The notes: a model not told the origin generated them from the sequence alone. Shown: positions 39,376-53,276, counted from the whole stretch's first letter. The stretch is 63,715 nucleotides of DNA, filler included, from Reticulomyxa filosa (GCA_000512085.1; 22 parts of 22 records of this genome joined end to end with filler, not necessarily neighbours in it); one strand, 5' to 3'. Numbers and translations are program-made.

Positions 39376-40898
39376 ATATTTGATCTTGGTCTTTATCTCT
39401 TCTGCCACTTTTTTTCTCAAAAAAAGTCATTTTTTCCAAAGTGAATTTATTGCCAATTTTGAAATTTTAAAAAATGGTTGCTTTAATAACATTTGTACTA
39501 GCTACGCTGTCAGAAAAATAATGTACACAATTTCTTTGCAAAAGCTTTTTTACATAACAATATTGATTGTTTCTGTGAGAAATTGTGAAGACAGAAATAC
39601 ATTGCAATTTTACTTGTTTGGATATTCTATCTTCGAGAAAAAATGATATATCAGTCTCAAAAGACGAAAGAAAATTCTTTCAGTTTGAAAAAAATTATGT
39701 TAGAGAAATTGTTACATGTGTCAAACAAAAAATTGGTTTGATTTTGACGGAACAACTGTATCAAATGCATAAGACAATGCAAAATGTCTAAGTTGAAAAT
39801 TTATCTGTTTTATTATTCTTTGTAACATCATTCGAAATGCCATTGACATTGAAATAATATTTCGAAGTTATGTTTCTGGTGTCCGTCCATAAAAGAAGAA
39901 AATATTATTTAATATTGGATCATTTCTACCTTTAAATAACCAAATAATATCATACACATGATTAATTATTCCAATAACACAAGCATTTTGAAGCCAAAAA
40001 CAATAAGCTCCTGCAGAAAAATGCTTAGTAATTACATGGAGATTGCACGCGTTTGTTGCAATTCAAGCACTAATAACAGGAGCAAACAAAACTGAGGACT
40101 TCACTGGAGACGGAGAGAGCAAAGAATTTGAAAGGTAATGTTATCTTAAAGAAGTACATTGATGTTTGGCCATGCATGCCTTTTTGCAGTTGATATTCGA
40201 ATTAAATGTCAAAGTTTTGACAAATTTACATGAAGATTGAAAAAAAATTATTTTTGTGAGTTTTTCTCTTTGACAAAAACTAGGTTTTCTCTTTTCTTAC
40301 GTTTCAATATTTGTCATATTTAATTAAATATCCAGAAATACATTCTTCTTTTTTTGTATTTGCTTATGTTAGCATCTATTATTTCAAGAATTAACAACAA
40401 CGATTGCAAATTTGTAGATTATTCGATAGTCAATTCAAAACTTTTTTGTTAGAAGAATTTTGTAGTGATTGTGTATACCAAAAAAGAGCATATCGAATGG
40501 GAATTTGCAATGTGTACGTGTATGTTGAGAATTGCTAAGTGTTTGCTTGTGAGATTTTTATTAACTCAAGTGATGAAATCCGTTTTAATGTTTTTTATTT
40601 CATTTTTTAAATTTATTTTTAATAAAGTGCTATCAACTCCTTCTTTGGCTTGAATTATATTGCTTATTTTTATTTCACCAAGTCTATTATCCATTTTTAT
40701 TTAGAAAAAGGATCTTAATTTTTCCGACGTTGACAACTTAACAAAATACAGTGCTGTCTTATCTATGGAGTAACTTAGGTAGTTGGTCATAGTTGTGCCA
40801 GTACCGATGCACTGTCCACTTTTGGCTAAAGAACAGTTCCGAACTTTGAAAATTAGTTTGTGTAAAAACTTTTTTGCAAGGGACAAACAAAAAAAGAA

Positions 40899-41159
40899 AT
40901 GATGAATGTAAACACCACAAATCCCAAGAAGAGAAAGTTAGAACATACTGAAGGATTAGATAATAACATAACTTCGACCTTTCCAAATAAAAAACGCCGA
41001 CATGATCGGCCAAAAGCTGTCATACCTAACACTCTTGCCCAAACAACTAACAGTGAAAAAGAGGCAAAAAAGAGAAGTAAAGGTGAGAAAAAGGAAAAGG
41101 TGGACGAATTGATAGCAACTCGTGCAATATCAGTGAAACCATTGCACAAACTCCTATGA
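40899..41159 (+). CDS. Short basic ORF with NLS-like motifs, probably a remnant
   Basis: PKKRKL and NKKRR; the read-through past the stop gives HCATYTLDIPCGHILA. Confidence 0.3.
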   Translation: MMNVNTTNPKKRKLEHTEGLDNNITSTFPNKKRRHDRPKAVIPNTLAQTTNSEKEAKKRSKGEKKEKVDELIATRAISVKPLHKLL

Positions 41160-42036
41160 CTTAGTCATTGTGCGACTTACACATTGGATATTCCTTGTGG
41201 ACATATACTGGCAGGTAATATGATCTAAATTCTATATTAACTAACAATATATATTGACATTAATGCCAACCACATCATGTCCTAATCTATTTACAAAAAT
41301 AATACTAACTAATATCCATGGAACCACCCTAGAAAAGTTAAACACAGTTACTAGATCATAATCTATAAATATATTAGTCAAAATACTATTTGTTAAGTTA
41401 TATATCAAATTTTGGGATAAAATAACATAATATTAACATANNNNNNNNNNNNNNNNNNNNNNNNNNNNNNNNNNNNNNNNNNNNTTAATTAATTAANNNN
41501 NNNNNNNNNNNNNNNNNNNNNNNNNNNNNNNNNNNNNNNNTCTTTTTCAAACTTTTCCCTTTCAAAGTTTGAAGGAATTGGCCACTCTATTCAACAGTTT
41601 TTCAATTTTTTGTGGTTTTAAGAATGTCTGAAAACCAAAATGATAACTCAATATTGAAATAAAAGTAATTTAACAAGTTGTGTAATTTTTTGACAAATGT
41701 TGAAATCCTAAGTCAAATGGTTTTTTTGTTGTAAAGGGGGAGTGAATTAATAAATCTTTCGGTATATATGAAGGATATTGTAACAAAACATGTTTGGCAT
41801 CAAAAAAATATAAAAGGAATAAATTTGAGAAATTAAACAAATTTATTCAAAGACAAACCCTTTTCTATATCTTTTCACAGAACAAGAATTGTTTATAAAT
41901 TTAAAAAATCTAACAAAAAATACTGTAGAATACCAAAAAATATTAAGCTATTTGTCTTTTTTTTTTTAAAATGATTGTTTACTGAAAGAATTATTTCATT
42001 CAAACAAATCACTTAAACATATTTGGAAAAATAATA

Positions 42037-42709
42037 TCATCCCCAAATACAAATGCGACCATTGTTTGGACCATAACACAAATGAACACTATAACCATAA
42101 TTATTACTTTTTCTATCTTTTTTTAATTGCAGAAATTTAAGACATGATATTTCAATATCTTCTTTGATTGTATACAATTCATTTTTATTTGATCGAATAT
42201 CCCAAAAACGAATAGTTTTATCACTTGATCCAGAACATATTACATTTGAATTCCCACGAAATTCATTATTCTTTATTACAAATGGTGAATATTCAACAGC
42301 CCATACAACATCTGTGTGTCCACTAAACACTTGAATTTGCTGACCTGATTGAATATCCCACAAACGAATACTTTTATCATATGATCCAGACAATATTGTA
42401 TTTTCTAATCCATTTGATCCATATTTTACACTATTCACACCATTTTCATGCCCTTTGAATGTATTCAATTGTTTGGTTGTTTCAATATCCCATATTCGAA
42501 TAGTTTCATCATATGATCCAGAACAAATAGTATATCCATTACCACCAATCACACCAATACTACTTTCATTCTTGTCACTATTGTGTAATGGTGAAATATC
42601 CACACACTCGACACCACCGCCATGTCCATTGAAGATATGTAATGTTTTGGATGTTTCAACATCCCATAATCGAATTGTTCTGTCGTCTGATCCAGAACAC
42701 AAATATCGA
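42037..42709 (-). CDS. WD40 repeat protein, C-terminal part
   Basis: Repeated CSGS.D.TIR.WD motifs and the family signature SIGVIGGNGYTICSGSYD. Confidence 0.92.
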
Positions 42710-42809
42710 NNNNNNNNNNNNNNNNNNNNNNNNNNNNNNNNNNNNNNNNNNNNTTAATTAATTAANNNNNNNNNNNNNNNNNNNNNNNNNNNNNNNNNNN
42801 NNNNNNNNN

Positions 42810-43440
42810 TTTCGTGACGATATTTATGAACATTGTGGAGCAGCATTCCTGTCAAGTTGACGTCGTTTTGACGTAACTCATTCAATGATAATGTTGCATT
42901 GCTTGAGCTGCCTTTCGATTGAGATTGTAATGGCAATGGCGTTTTTATTCGCTGATTTAATAAACGAATATTGTAAGGATCACTCAATAACAAGTAATCA
43001 TTCATCATCTTGTCAAATAGCGCCTGCTTGTTCAAGTTTCGTAATGTTGTTAAATCCAATAGTTGCTCCGATTTTTTGTTTGATAATTGCATCAGTTTTT
43101 TGTTCGTCGTTTCATTCAAATTATTATTATTGCTATTGCTATTGATGTTGCTGTTATTTGTGTTGATGCTGTCGTTATTGGTAACTACACTTGACCCTGC
43201 ATTAACAGAGGTCTTTGCTTGTCTCAGCTGCTCGCTGAGGTTGTGAACTTGTCGCTGTGCTTGCTGCAGTAGAGACTGCAATATTGATACGTGGTCTTCC
43301 AGTTCCTGGATTTTCGCTTGGTCTTTGCCGTGTCGAGCGAGACAATACTTTTCCAAGGATAAATGTCGGCCTCGCAATAACGAGTAACGTGCTGCCAATG
43401 ATAAGGTATCCGTCTGTGGTAAGGGCTGAGAATGAGACAT
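42810..43440 (-). CDS. Hypothetical coiled-coil, Asn-rich protein, 3' truncated
   Basis: Open frame from ATG 43440 (MSHSQPLP) with heptad-like KIQELEDHVSILQSLLQQAQRQVHNLSEQLRQ. Confidence 0.55.
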
Positions 43441-44949
43441 GGCCGAACCTTTTTTCAATAGATACGCTTCCGTTTCCCCCGTTTTTTTAAAAATTTGTCC
43501 ACATTGGCAAGGCTGTGGTCTGGATGAAGTTAAAACCAACCTACTTTGTGTATTAAACGAAAATAACACTAGCTGGATTTTCTGTTATTAATCTTTTCAT
43601 GAAATAAATTATTAATTCATTCAATTATATTTTGCACTTTTAAGAATATAATTTGTTGAGTGTAGTGCACTTTCGTTCAAATAACAAAAAAGACTCGAAC
43701 ATCATGTTTCATTCATTATTGCAAGTTAAGTGATAGACTACTTTGTATCCATCATAATTGACTGCCATCTGCCCTTTTACACAGTAAAAGTAATGATTAC
43801 CATATCAACAATTTGTGATCACTCTTGTTTAGTCACATTAGTCATACGAATATGTTTTGGTATGAACTTACGAACAGGTCATTCAATATTTAGGTCTTCA
43901 TTCAACATTTGATTGCCAATCCAACAACAGGCACTGCAATATGACACAAATTTATTTAATACTTTGTGTACAATTTATTCGCACATAATTTTTTTATGTT
44001 TTTTTTTAATTATCAACAATTCCTTATTCGTACAAAGATAATTTCGGCAAAAAAAAATTGAACATTCATTCGCAGTTTCTCTATATCGGTGAAAAATATA
44101 ATTTTTTTAAGTCACTGACATTATTTTTTAACATAAAAATTTATGCTACGAGAAAACGTCGGCAAATTCCACAAAGATTAGAAAAACAATATTTCATCAA
44201 ATTTTTTTGGGTAATGATCCTGTTTTAGATTTGTCAGTTTCTACTTTCTACACCAAAAAAAAGTACACATCGATTTGAATAAAAGCAGTACATGATCACA
44301 CTAAAAGAACAAACCAAGCAAGATTTCAATTGTAAATGTCAATCGAAAAAATGTGGAGATAAAAACACTGGAAAAGAAAAAAGAATACCCAGCCATAAAA
44401 AAAGAAAAAGTTATTTAATGTTGGATCGTTTCTGCCNNNNNNNNNNNNNNNNNNNNNNNNNNNNNNNNNNNNNNNNNNNNTTAATTAATTAANNNNNNNN
44501 NNNNNNNNNNNNNNNNNNNNNNNNNNNNNNNNNNNNATATATATATGTTTATAATACTATTGATTTGCATTTTTTCTTTTCCCCTTCATTAATCTAATAT
44601 TCTTCTTTTTCTTCTTTCTTTTTTCTTTCACTACAAACCTGAAGTAAATCACTGTACAAATGAAAAGGTCTATGTTTACATTGTTTTGGTTAATGCATAT
44701 TGCAACAACTGAAAACATAATACAAATAAAATATATAGAACTTCTATGATTGATTTTTGTCATTTTGTATGCTTAGAGATTAAATAATAACAGGATTGTA
44801 TGTCACAAGAGAAGTTGTTCATTGAATATGTATTTGCTCGAACATTCCCTCTATTCTTTACCACTTGTATTTATATTTATCACGACTCTGGCAACATTAT
44901 CTGTCTTGTGTTGATGTATTGTAAATGCGTGAATTGACTTGTGAGCTTA

Positions 44950-47120
44950 CCACAAAGCAATCCACTTTTGAATTGCGATTACGATATATCAAAGGAGACA
45001 GAGTTTGATGACGACACAATTGTACTGCATTTGTCGATAGATTGGATCAACATCGCATCTGTCATCATCGGTGGTGACTCGTGACGTGTTACATTTTAAG
45101 ACCTGTAAATTGATTTTCAGGTATCAATTGACCAATTTGTGGAACCGATTCCAACTTGATTTCAATTCATTTGTTTGCTTGTCGTGTTAATAAGTTAAAT
45201 GGTTATGTTCAATGTTTAACTGTAGCAACACGATCGGTGGTGCTCAGGTAGGTCATAGACAGTGCAAATGCAATCTGTTTCCGATTCAGCCAAAAAACGG
45301 TCGGCAATGAAATACGTATAATATACAGACTATACTTTAGACAAATTATTCATAAGCTCTAATCTTTCATCTGCACAACGTTTTTTGTTATTTCAAATCT
45401 ACATATATATAGGAATAACACACCAATTGCAAATTATTAAAGAAAGAGAAACGTAACTACTTGTTCTAAATTTAATTCAACCGATTGATCTTTTTCTCTT
45501 TTTGATGATGCTTGAACAAGCACGATTGGCCTTGGATTGTGCTGGATATAATGTTCGACTAATAAGCATGCAACTATCGATAGTGTGGAATATTTCTTTG
45601 ATTTGAAGGCAAGCATCGGCACTTTGTAATACTTGCTCGAGATTGCATGAATCTGCTTAAGGTTCGAAAATAGATATGTTTGGAAGCGCAAGTTGTTCAA
45701 ACGAATATCTTTATGGATCTTTGTTCAATGGAATTGAATGGTGCGGCTGTTATTACTGTGAGTGTGAGTTTTTTGAGTTATTTTCAGCGTAATGTTGAAA
45801 TATAGAAATTAAAGCAGATATAATTACATGTGTGTCCACATGAGCTACATGAATTCGCGTTTATTCCTCTGCATTGATACATCCCATGTGTTTACTTTGG
45901 CGCAAAAGTGGAGCAATGGAATAGTTGGATTGAACGTACATATTTAAAGCGTTGATATTGTCATTAAATCCATGCTTTTTCACTTCTGCCAAGAATTCAC
46001 TTGATATCTTCACGACTCGTGTGTACGAAAAACAGCCACAAATAGAAATATTAGATCGCTGCGTTCAATTTCTTCGCCAAAGAGGGATCTATCACGCGTT
46101 ACACAGGATACACAGTCGAATTTCTATAATGTGATACGTATGTATCAAACTTGTTTTTTAAACAAACACACACACAAAAAAAATGATATAAACTTAACTT
46201 TGTTGCTATCCTCGCGCAGGATAACAATTATTTTTCCAATAAAAAAATTAAAAATTAATATTTCAGTTATATTTTTTTCTTTTTTTTCACTTTTATTTAT
46301 TATTATTTTTTCTTTCATTTATTATTTTTCTTATTATCCTTTTTTTCTTCTTATTTTTTCTTATCCTTTTTTTTCTTTTTATTATTCCATATTTTTTTTT
46401 ATTTCCAACTTTTTTTTCTTATTTATTTTATTTTATTACTACATTTTTTTTTCTTCCCCCCCCCAATTACCAATCAATTTATATCTTTTTTTCCCAACAC
46501 ATATACCCAAATTGTCTCTTGTTGCACCTTATCCTATATCAAATACAAGCAAAGTTATACTTTATAATTTTTAAAAAATAAACAAAAAATATATCCATAA
46601 CTGATCACGGCCAAAAATTCAATTTCCTTTTTCCTATGATAAATCACTTCAAAGACTTTTTTTTATTATTTGAGGGAGGGGGTAAACAAATACACAATAA
46701 ATATATAAATATACAAATATAAATTTTTCATTGAGGGGGAATTCCTATTTCATCACAAGTACAAACATATTTATAACAAAAAGATATATAAATAAATAAC
46801 ACATATACAAACCTTTTTTTATTTTTTCACAAACGGGGTAAAATTCAACCCCATTATTTTTGTGTGTGCGTTGAGGGGTAACATAGCTTACATCTTGGCG
46901 GGACGGAGGAACCTATATTAAAAAAAACATACAACATTTGAACATATAAAAAGAACATAAATAAATAGAACAAACCAGTTTTTCTCCTTGCGGAGACGGG
47001 GGTGGTTTCTACCCCATGTTATTTGCTTCTTTTTTTCATTACAATATGATCCTATGTAAATAAACACAAACAAAATTACAAATTGAACATAATGAAAAAC
47101 AAAAGACTTACCTTCTGTTG
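44950..47120 (+). repeat. Degenerate dispersed repeat family A, copy 2
   Basis: Colinear with the reverse complement of 62186-63660 (AAAGTTATA.TTTATAATTTTT, GGAATTCCTATT, GGAACCTAT, exact 18-mer AACAACTTGCGCTTCCAA) and with 27500-30100. Confidence 0.78.
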
Positions 47121-49048
47121 GTGTTTTGTAATTGCAATGCAAATCTCGCATTGCAAACCACAATAGTAAGGTGATATTGTTCGCCATCATTGAAGCACTC
47201 CAATTCCAACAACTTGTTTGCCATCGCCGAAGTCCATGAGCATTTTCTATTCACAAGTAACAAACAAGAAAATAATGTGTATTATTCACCAACAACAAAA
47301 AAAAAAAAATAACTTGGCATAATCCATGACAACGTCGACATCTTGATTAGTTGTCAATGTGAGTGAATATCCAAGTCATTGTCACTAGCGATGATTTGCG
47401 CGGTTAGATGTAAATATTTGGATTTGAGTTGGGGCAATGTGTGGAGTAGATAATTTTGCAATGCGAGTTTATCCATTGTGTGCAATCTTGCGATGAGGCT
47501 AAGTGCCATATGAGACCACACCTTTGTTGGTATGGCGCTAATTTGCATAAACGAGGATGGGCACCACGACCAACTTGTTCGTCGGATGCGTTGTCGCCCA
47601 ATCTCCTCATTTGCGCTAACAGCGCTTCTATCACTAAAGTTATGGTTTGGGCAATGGAAAGAAAACGAAGATTTGACAGCATATTTTGTACCAGCAATTG
47701 CAGCTGGTTGGACAATGCTTCTAATCTGCGTGGTTTTTCCATTTTCCATTCATCAAGGCACCGCGTAGTCGCATAATCTAATTTGTTTGTTTGTTTGTTT
47801 GCTTATTCGTAAACAAAAAAAGGAAGTAAAAAAAAAGAATTTAACATTGCAGCATTGGACAAAACAGCAGGCGAACTTTGATAATATAGTTTGGACTTTG
47901 CGCAAGTTTGAATTGGTGAGTCTGGATTGGACAGCGAGACGTTGAAAATAAATCTGCCAGATAGTGTTGTTGTTTGCATTCTTGTTTGTAGCGACGTTGC
48001 GCCAGGAACAATTGATCACAGACAAAGCCTTCAATCCATACTCGCTTCTGACTGTTGCAAGTTGTATTCGATTGTGGCGTGCTTATAATTACCTCAGCTT
48101 TACCATTTCTAAATACGCTGTTATTATTTTTTTTTTTTAAATCTTTTCTAAATAAAATCAATAATATATACAATACATCCTCCCCACTTACTATCTTTTG
48201 ATATACGTAACCTCCCTTTTTTTTTCATGACATTTTTTTTCATTTAGTCTTTCTATCTATGTTATGTACCTGGATGTTGCTGCTTTGATTTTCAATTTGT
48301 ACGTCGTCTGTAGTATACTCGAAGTGGATCGGATTTTATTCATTGCTGATGTTTTTGCGGACAAAATATTCTTGGACTGCTTTGCATTAGTAACAAAAGT
48401 GCTTTGTATAATACGTATAATTTTGTTTTTTGATGGCATCGACTCTTTGCTAGAAATTTGCACTGATAATACCCTTGACATGTTGTTGTAAAATGTTAGA
48501 TATTGTTCAACTTTCCATATGTAGTTGAATGAGTAATTGAGTAACGTATAACGTGACATTATCATTGTGTTCATATTGTTGTGCTGATTGAATTGCGTTT
48601 GTCCGTTCGTCTCGCTGGAATTGTTTGTATTGATCTTACTTGAAGTCAGTACCACTATGAATGCCTTTAATACAAGCAGAGCCACCAACACCAACGGAGA
48701 TTTCATTCTACTGCTTAAATAACTAAGCTCTTCACTCAACATTTTCTTCTCAGTTTGTCCCCTACACTTCTACTGCCATGTCGTGTGTAAATCCTGACTG
48801 AAAAAAACAATTTCACAATGCTATTCAAATCAATAGACTATCGTTTGAAAAATCTGTAAGATCAACTTCAGTACAAATTAAATAGGTTGACTTTCAGATT
48901 GAAAACAGATCTTTTTCAAATAATCTAGAAATATTGAAATCTATATAAAAATCCTGTGAACAACTTTTTTTGTTTCAAAAAAAAAAAAAGATTCAAAAGA
49001 CTCAAAAAAATAAAACATCCCCCAAAAATTCAAGAGAAAAAAGTACAA

Positions 49049-52000
49049 TCATGTGTGGACAAATAGGTCTGGAAGAAACGGCAAGAATAAAAGAAAAAGA
49101 AGAAGAAAAGGATGGCAAAAGAAAAACGCGGAACAGGCTGGAAGAAATAGACGCAAAAGAAAAGCTGAAAAGACATTACCTATCAAAAAATAAGCTGGTT
49201 TCATTGTTTGATAATCCTGGACAATCGACTGATAATTGTTACATTCGATTGGTTCTGTTGATTCAACAGAGATTTCAGCAGCAAAAAATGAAAATGACAA
49301 GCATTGAAAGAACTGGAAAAAGTGAAGAAGATGCCAAACACAAAGAGAGAAATATATTGGATTATTCATTGATTTATGGAAATAAAATGGAAACATTGGA
49401 AGTGCAAGATATTTTGAAAGATAAAGAAAATGGATTAGTGCTTCGTCACATTAGCATTTGTGGCGAATCAGGGGGAAAAAGTGTATTATCTCAAAGAATC
49501 GCATATTTATGGGTAAATAATTAAATGTGGAATGATCAATTTCGATGCCTATTGCACATCCCTTTGAGAAAGATTGCCAATATCTTTGATCGCCATTATA
49601 GCAATGACGATGAAAAAAATCAATGATGGTAATGATTATATTGAATACTTATGGTCAATGAATATCAATGGATTACATATCCCGTGATGGAATGCAAATG
49701 ATACCAATTGCATTATACATTCGACAAATAGATTGGTATTGTTGGATGGGTTTGATGAAATTGCAAATGAAATGAGGAAAACAATGGCTGCAACATTGCA
49801 CTTCCAATGAAAACTATTGCGTAATAATGACAAGTCGATCCAATGCAATGTACTCCTATCTATATCATCCACGAATGTTGAATGTCATTGGATTCAAAAC
49901 AAGACATTCGCGCTTATTTCCGAAATATGGATATTGACGACAAGGACAACTCTCAATCTGATTCATTGTTCAGGAAATTGAATAATAATCCAAGTGTCAT
50001 ACACCTTTATATTTCAGATTATTTTGTTATTTGGCAAGACAAGATATATCATCTTCATCGAATAATGCTCAATGGTTGCAAAATTGTATGAGACATTGTT
50101 GAAAAGTTATATGAAATGGAATTGGATTATTTGTCACAAGTTGCTTGGGAAGGATTGAAATCAGGACAAGTGGTCATTTCTTGTAAAAATACAAGAAGGA
50201 TATTAAATACAATTATCCACGTAAATATATTTCAGTGATATCTCAATTGTCTCGAATTAATGCATTTGGATTTTTACAAGGACAGGAACCGATGAATTCA
50301 TCACATCCAATTGTGTCTGTATATTTCCTTCGTTTGGCATTTCAAGAATAACTTGTTGCTTATTATTTGATCAATTGTTTGTATCAATCAAATGAATCAA
50401 AAGAACATGAACAAGTATGTTCAATTTTGATGAATGAACAACTCACTCCAAGATATTCAGTGATGATTCCATTCATGTGTGGAATATTGTATAACAATAT
50501 AATTTCCAATAAAGATCCATCAGGGTCGCTTGGATTCGTTTTGATAAAGACAAAAATTATGCTTATGAAAAAAATAGATCACTGATTACTGAGAATGCTT
50601 TTGAGATTGGGACAATTACAATTTGTGATAATTGCAATGATTTCATCACAATTGGGAGGAAAACAGTTGGATAATGCATTCCAATGTTTCATTCATAGGT
50701 TTCCTTCATATTTTCATAAAACAGAATATTGGCTTAATAAAGCAAATGCGACTCAATTTATAATGAAATTGAAAGAAGGACAATTAGATTATTTTTTAAA
50801 ATGGATTGTCTGATGAAAAGGAAGATAAAGATAATCGTGAGAAATGCGCAAAATTACTTGGAAAACTCTCAACGAAATGGAATGAAAAACAATTGAATAA
50901 ATGCTTTCTATTCTTTAATAGACATATTCAATAAATATGATGATTGGACATATATAGAAGCACGTGGGGAAATTACAGTGAAATTGTCCGGGAAACAATT
51001 CGATAATGCTTTTAATTATTTCATTAGTAGGTTAAATTGTGAAGAGATACATAAATTTGATAAATACGCTGATCTACTTTTAAGAATTGCACAGAGATTG
51101 GATTAAAAACAAATGGATATTGCATTGAATTATTTTATGGATAAGTTAAATGATAAAAATGAACATCAAAATATTCGTATCAAATGCATTCAATTAATTA
51201 AAGGAATTTCAAATAAATGTAATGAACAACAATTAAATGAAGCTTGTAACTCTTCAATAGATATATTCACTGATAAAAATCATAATACAAATCTCAGAAT
51301 TACTTGGAACAATTGCAGTTAATCTAAATGGAAAACATTTTGATGATGTTTTTCAATGTTTGACAAATAGATTAAAAGATGGTGATTGGAGTGTTCGGGA
51401 TTCATGTGCAAAATCACTTGCGCTTTCAAAGAAATGGAATGATAAACAATTGGGTATTACTTTTCAATGTTTGATTGATGGATTTCAAAATATAAATGGG
51501 TATGATTGTGAAACATCCAGAGATTTACTTGAAGGAATTACAACGAAATTAAATGAAAAATAAATCGATTCTGTTTTCACATATTTGATCAATGGACTCA
51601 AAGGTAACAGTGAACGGAGTCGTAAATTCTATGCAACATCTATTGGATTTCTTTTAATGAAATTAAATAAAAAGCAATTGGATGTTTTCGAATGTTTGAA
51701 TGAATTAAAGATGAAAATGAATGTATTCGTGCCTTATGTGAAAAATTACTTGTACAATCATTTAGAGTAATTTCAGAGAAATTGAATGAGAAAAAACTGG
51801 GAAAATGCAATTAATACTTTAATCGATGGATTGAAAAATAAAAATGAAGCTGTTCGTTATTCATGTGCAAAATCACTTGGAGTAACTTCAATGATTTTGA
51901 CTTATAAACAACTGGAAAGAGTTTTCAATGCTTTGACATATGAACAGGAAAAGAATTACTTTTATTCATATAAAATAGCACTTGAAGAAATTTCGGCGAA

Positions 52001-52952
52001 ATTGAATGACAAACAATTATATTTATTGGTGATACATTTGTTGGAAAGAGATGTACATGGCATGCTAGAGATGCATTATTAAAAATATCTGAAGATATGT
52101 GGAAACGTGCAACAATTTGTGGATTGAAAGAAAATATCCAAATGAAAAATGAAAATACATTGATGAGCCAAGAGAATTCAGATAATCCTATTTGGAAAAC
52201 AACCAATGACATAAACATTCAATTATTGGCATTTGGTTTGATGACATTCAATCCTTGCATTCAATTGAGCTGTGATGATGATAATACTAATTTCGATGCT
52301 TTGAATGAGTTAATCAGATACTGTGATAAACAAGCCATTGAATGGAAATTCTCAACTCATCAATCGAAATGGAATAATAGTAATATTGACAGGGATATTC
52401 AATATCCTTATTTGAATAATGAAATTGAATAATTTTTTAATGATGAAAATGCACATAAAGGATGTTACACTGTTGTTCATGAAGCAGCAAGATTAGGAGA
52501 CTTGTTACAATTCAAATTGGTATTGCAAAAACATCCTGACATTGACATAAATGATTCATGTAATGAACATCGACAAACTCCATTGCATTTGGCAATCAAT
52601 CATCAACATTGGGATATTGCTCGTTATTACATTGAACAAGATGCATATATTGATATCTGTCAACTCTCTCATCTTAAGAGCTCCTTTTGAAAATATCATG
52701 AAATTTATTATGAAACATAAAAAAAATAAGAATACCAAAGAGTATTTAGATGCAATGGAAATGTGTAAATGATTAAAACAACGGACAATGTATCCAATGA
52801 AAAGAATTGAAAGATAAATTGATTGATCAAAATGGTGTAATCAAAATCATTGATGAAGAGAGTTATGAAGTATTATTGGAAGAAGGTTCAATATTTTTAT
52901 TGGGAATTATTCAGAAGCAATTAAAAGAAGTATTAATTGAAAATAATTTATT
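49049..52952 (+). pseudogene. NACHT (STAND NTPase) + HEAT repeats + ankyrin repeats pseudogene
   Basis: Walker A ISICGESGGKSVLSQRIAYLW, LLHIPLR, Walker B LVLLDGFDEI; HEAT repeats (LIDGLKNKNEAVRYSCAKSLG, LKDGDWSVRDSCAKSL); ankyrin VHEAARLGDL and QTPLHLAINHQHWDIARY. Many stops and frameshifts. Confidence 0.88.
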
Positions 52953-53052
52953 NNNNNNNNNNNNNNNNNNNNNNNNNNNNNNNNNNNNNNNNNNNNTTAA
53001 TTAATTAANNNNNNNNNNNNNNNNNNNNNNNNNNNNNNNNNNNNNNNNNNNN

Positions 53053-53244
53053 GTTGTTGTCAAAGCACAATGTGCGAAGAAATAAAACAAACCTCTTTAT
53101 TGATAGTGAACACAATGTCTCTGAATTCAGTTCCAGATAAGACATTGTTGTCCGTGCTTTCAAACAATCCATCTTGCACATGTTTTCTCGACGGTGCCAA
53201 AAAGTTCTGTTTTTATTTTGATTCTTGTTATTATCATTCGCATC

Positions 53245-53276
<32 letters not shown>

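Noticed and set aside
45560-45720. Kinase pseudogene (IHKDIRLNNL, SKYYKVPML..KKYST)
   Set aside because: No DFG and wrong spacing; the stretch lies in repeat family A and the homologous copy at ~63640 does not keep the catalytic-loop residues.
47200-48750. Membrane-protein gene
   Set aside because: Short hydrophobic ORFs in several frames with stops; at most an unidentifiable pseudogene.
49500-52800. Stop-codon reassignment or selenocysteine read-through
   Set aside because: Stops of different types occur together with frameshifts, and intact genes in the window end at standard stops; this is pseudogenisation.
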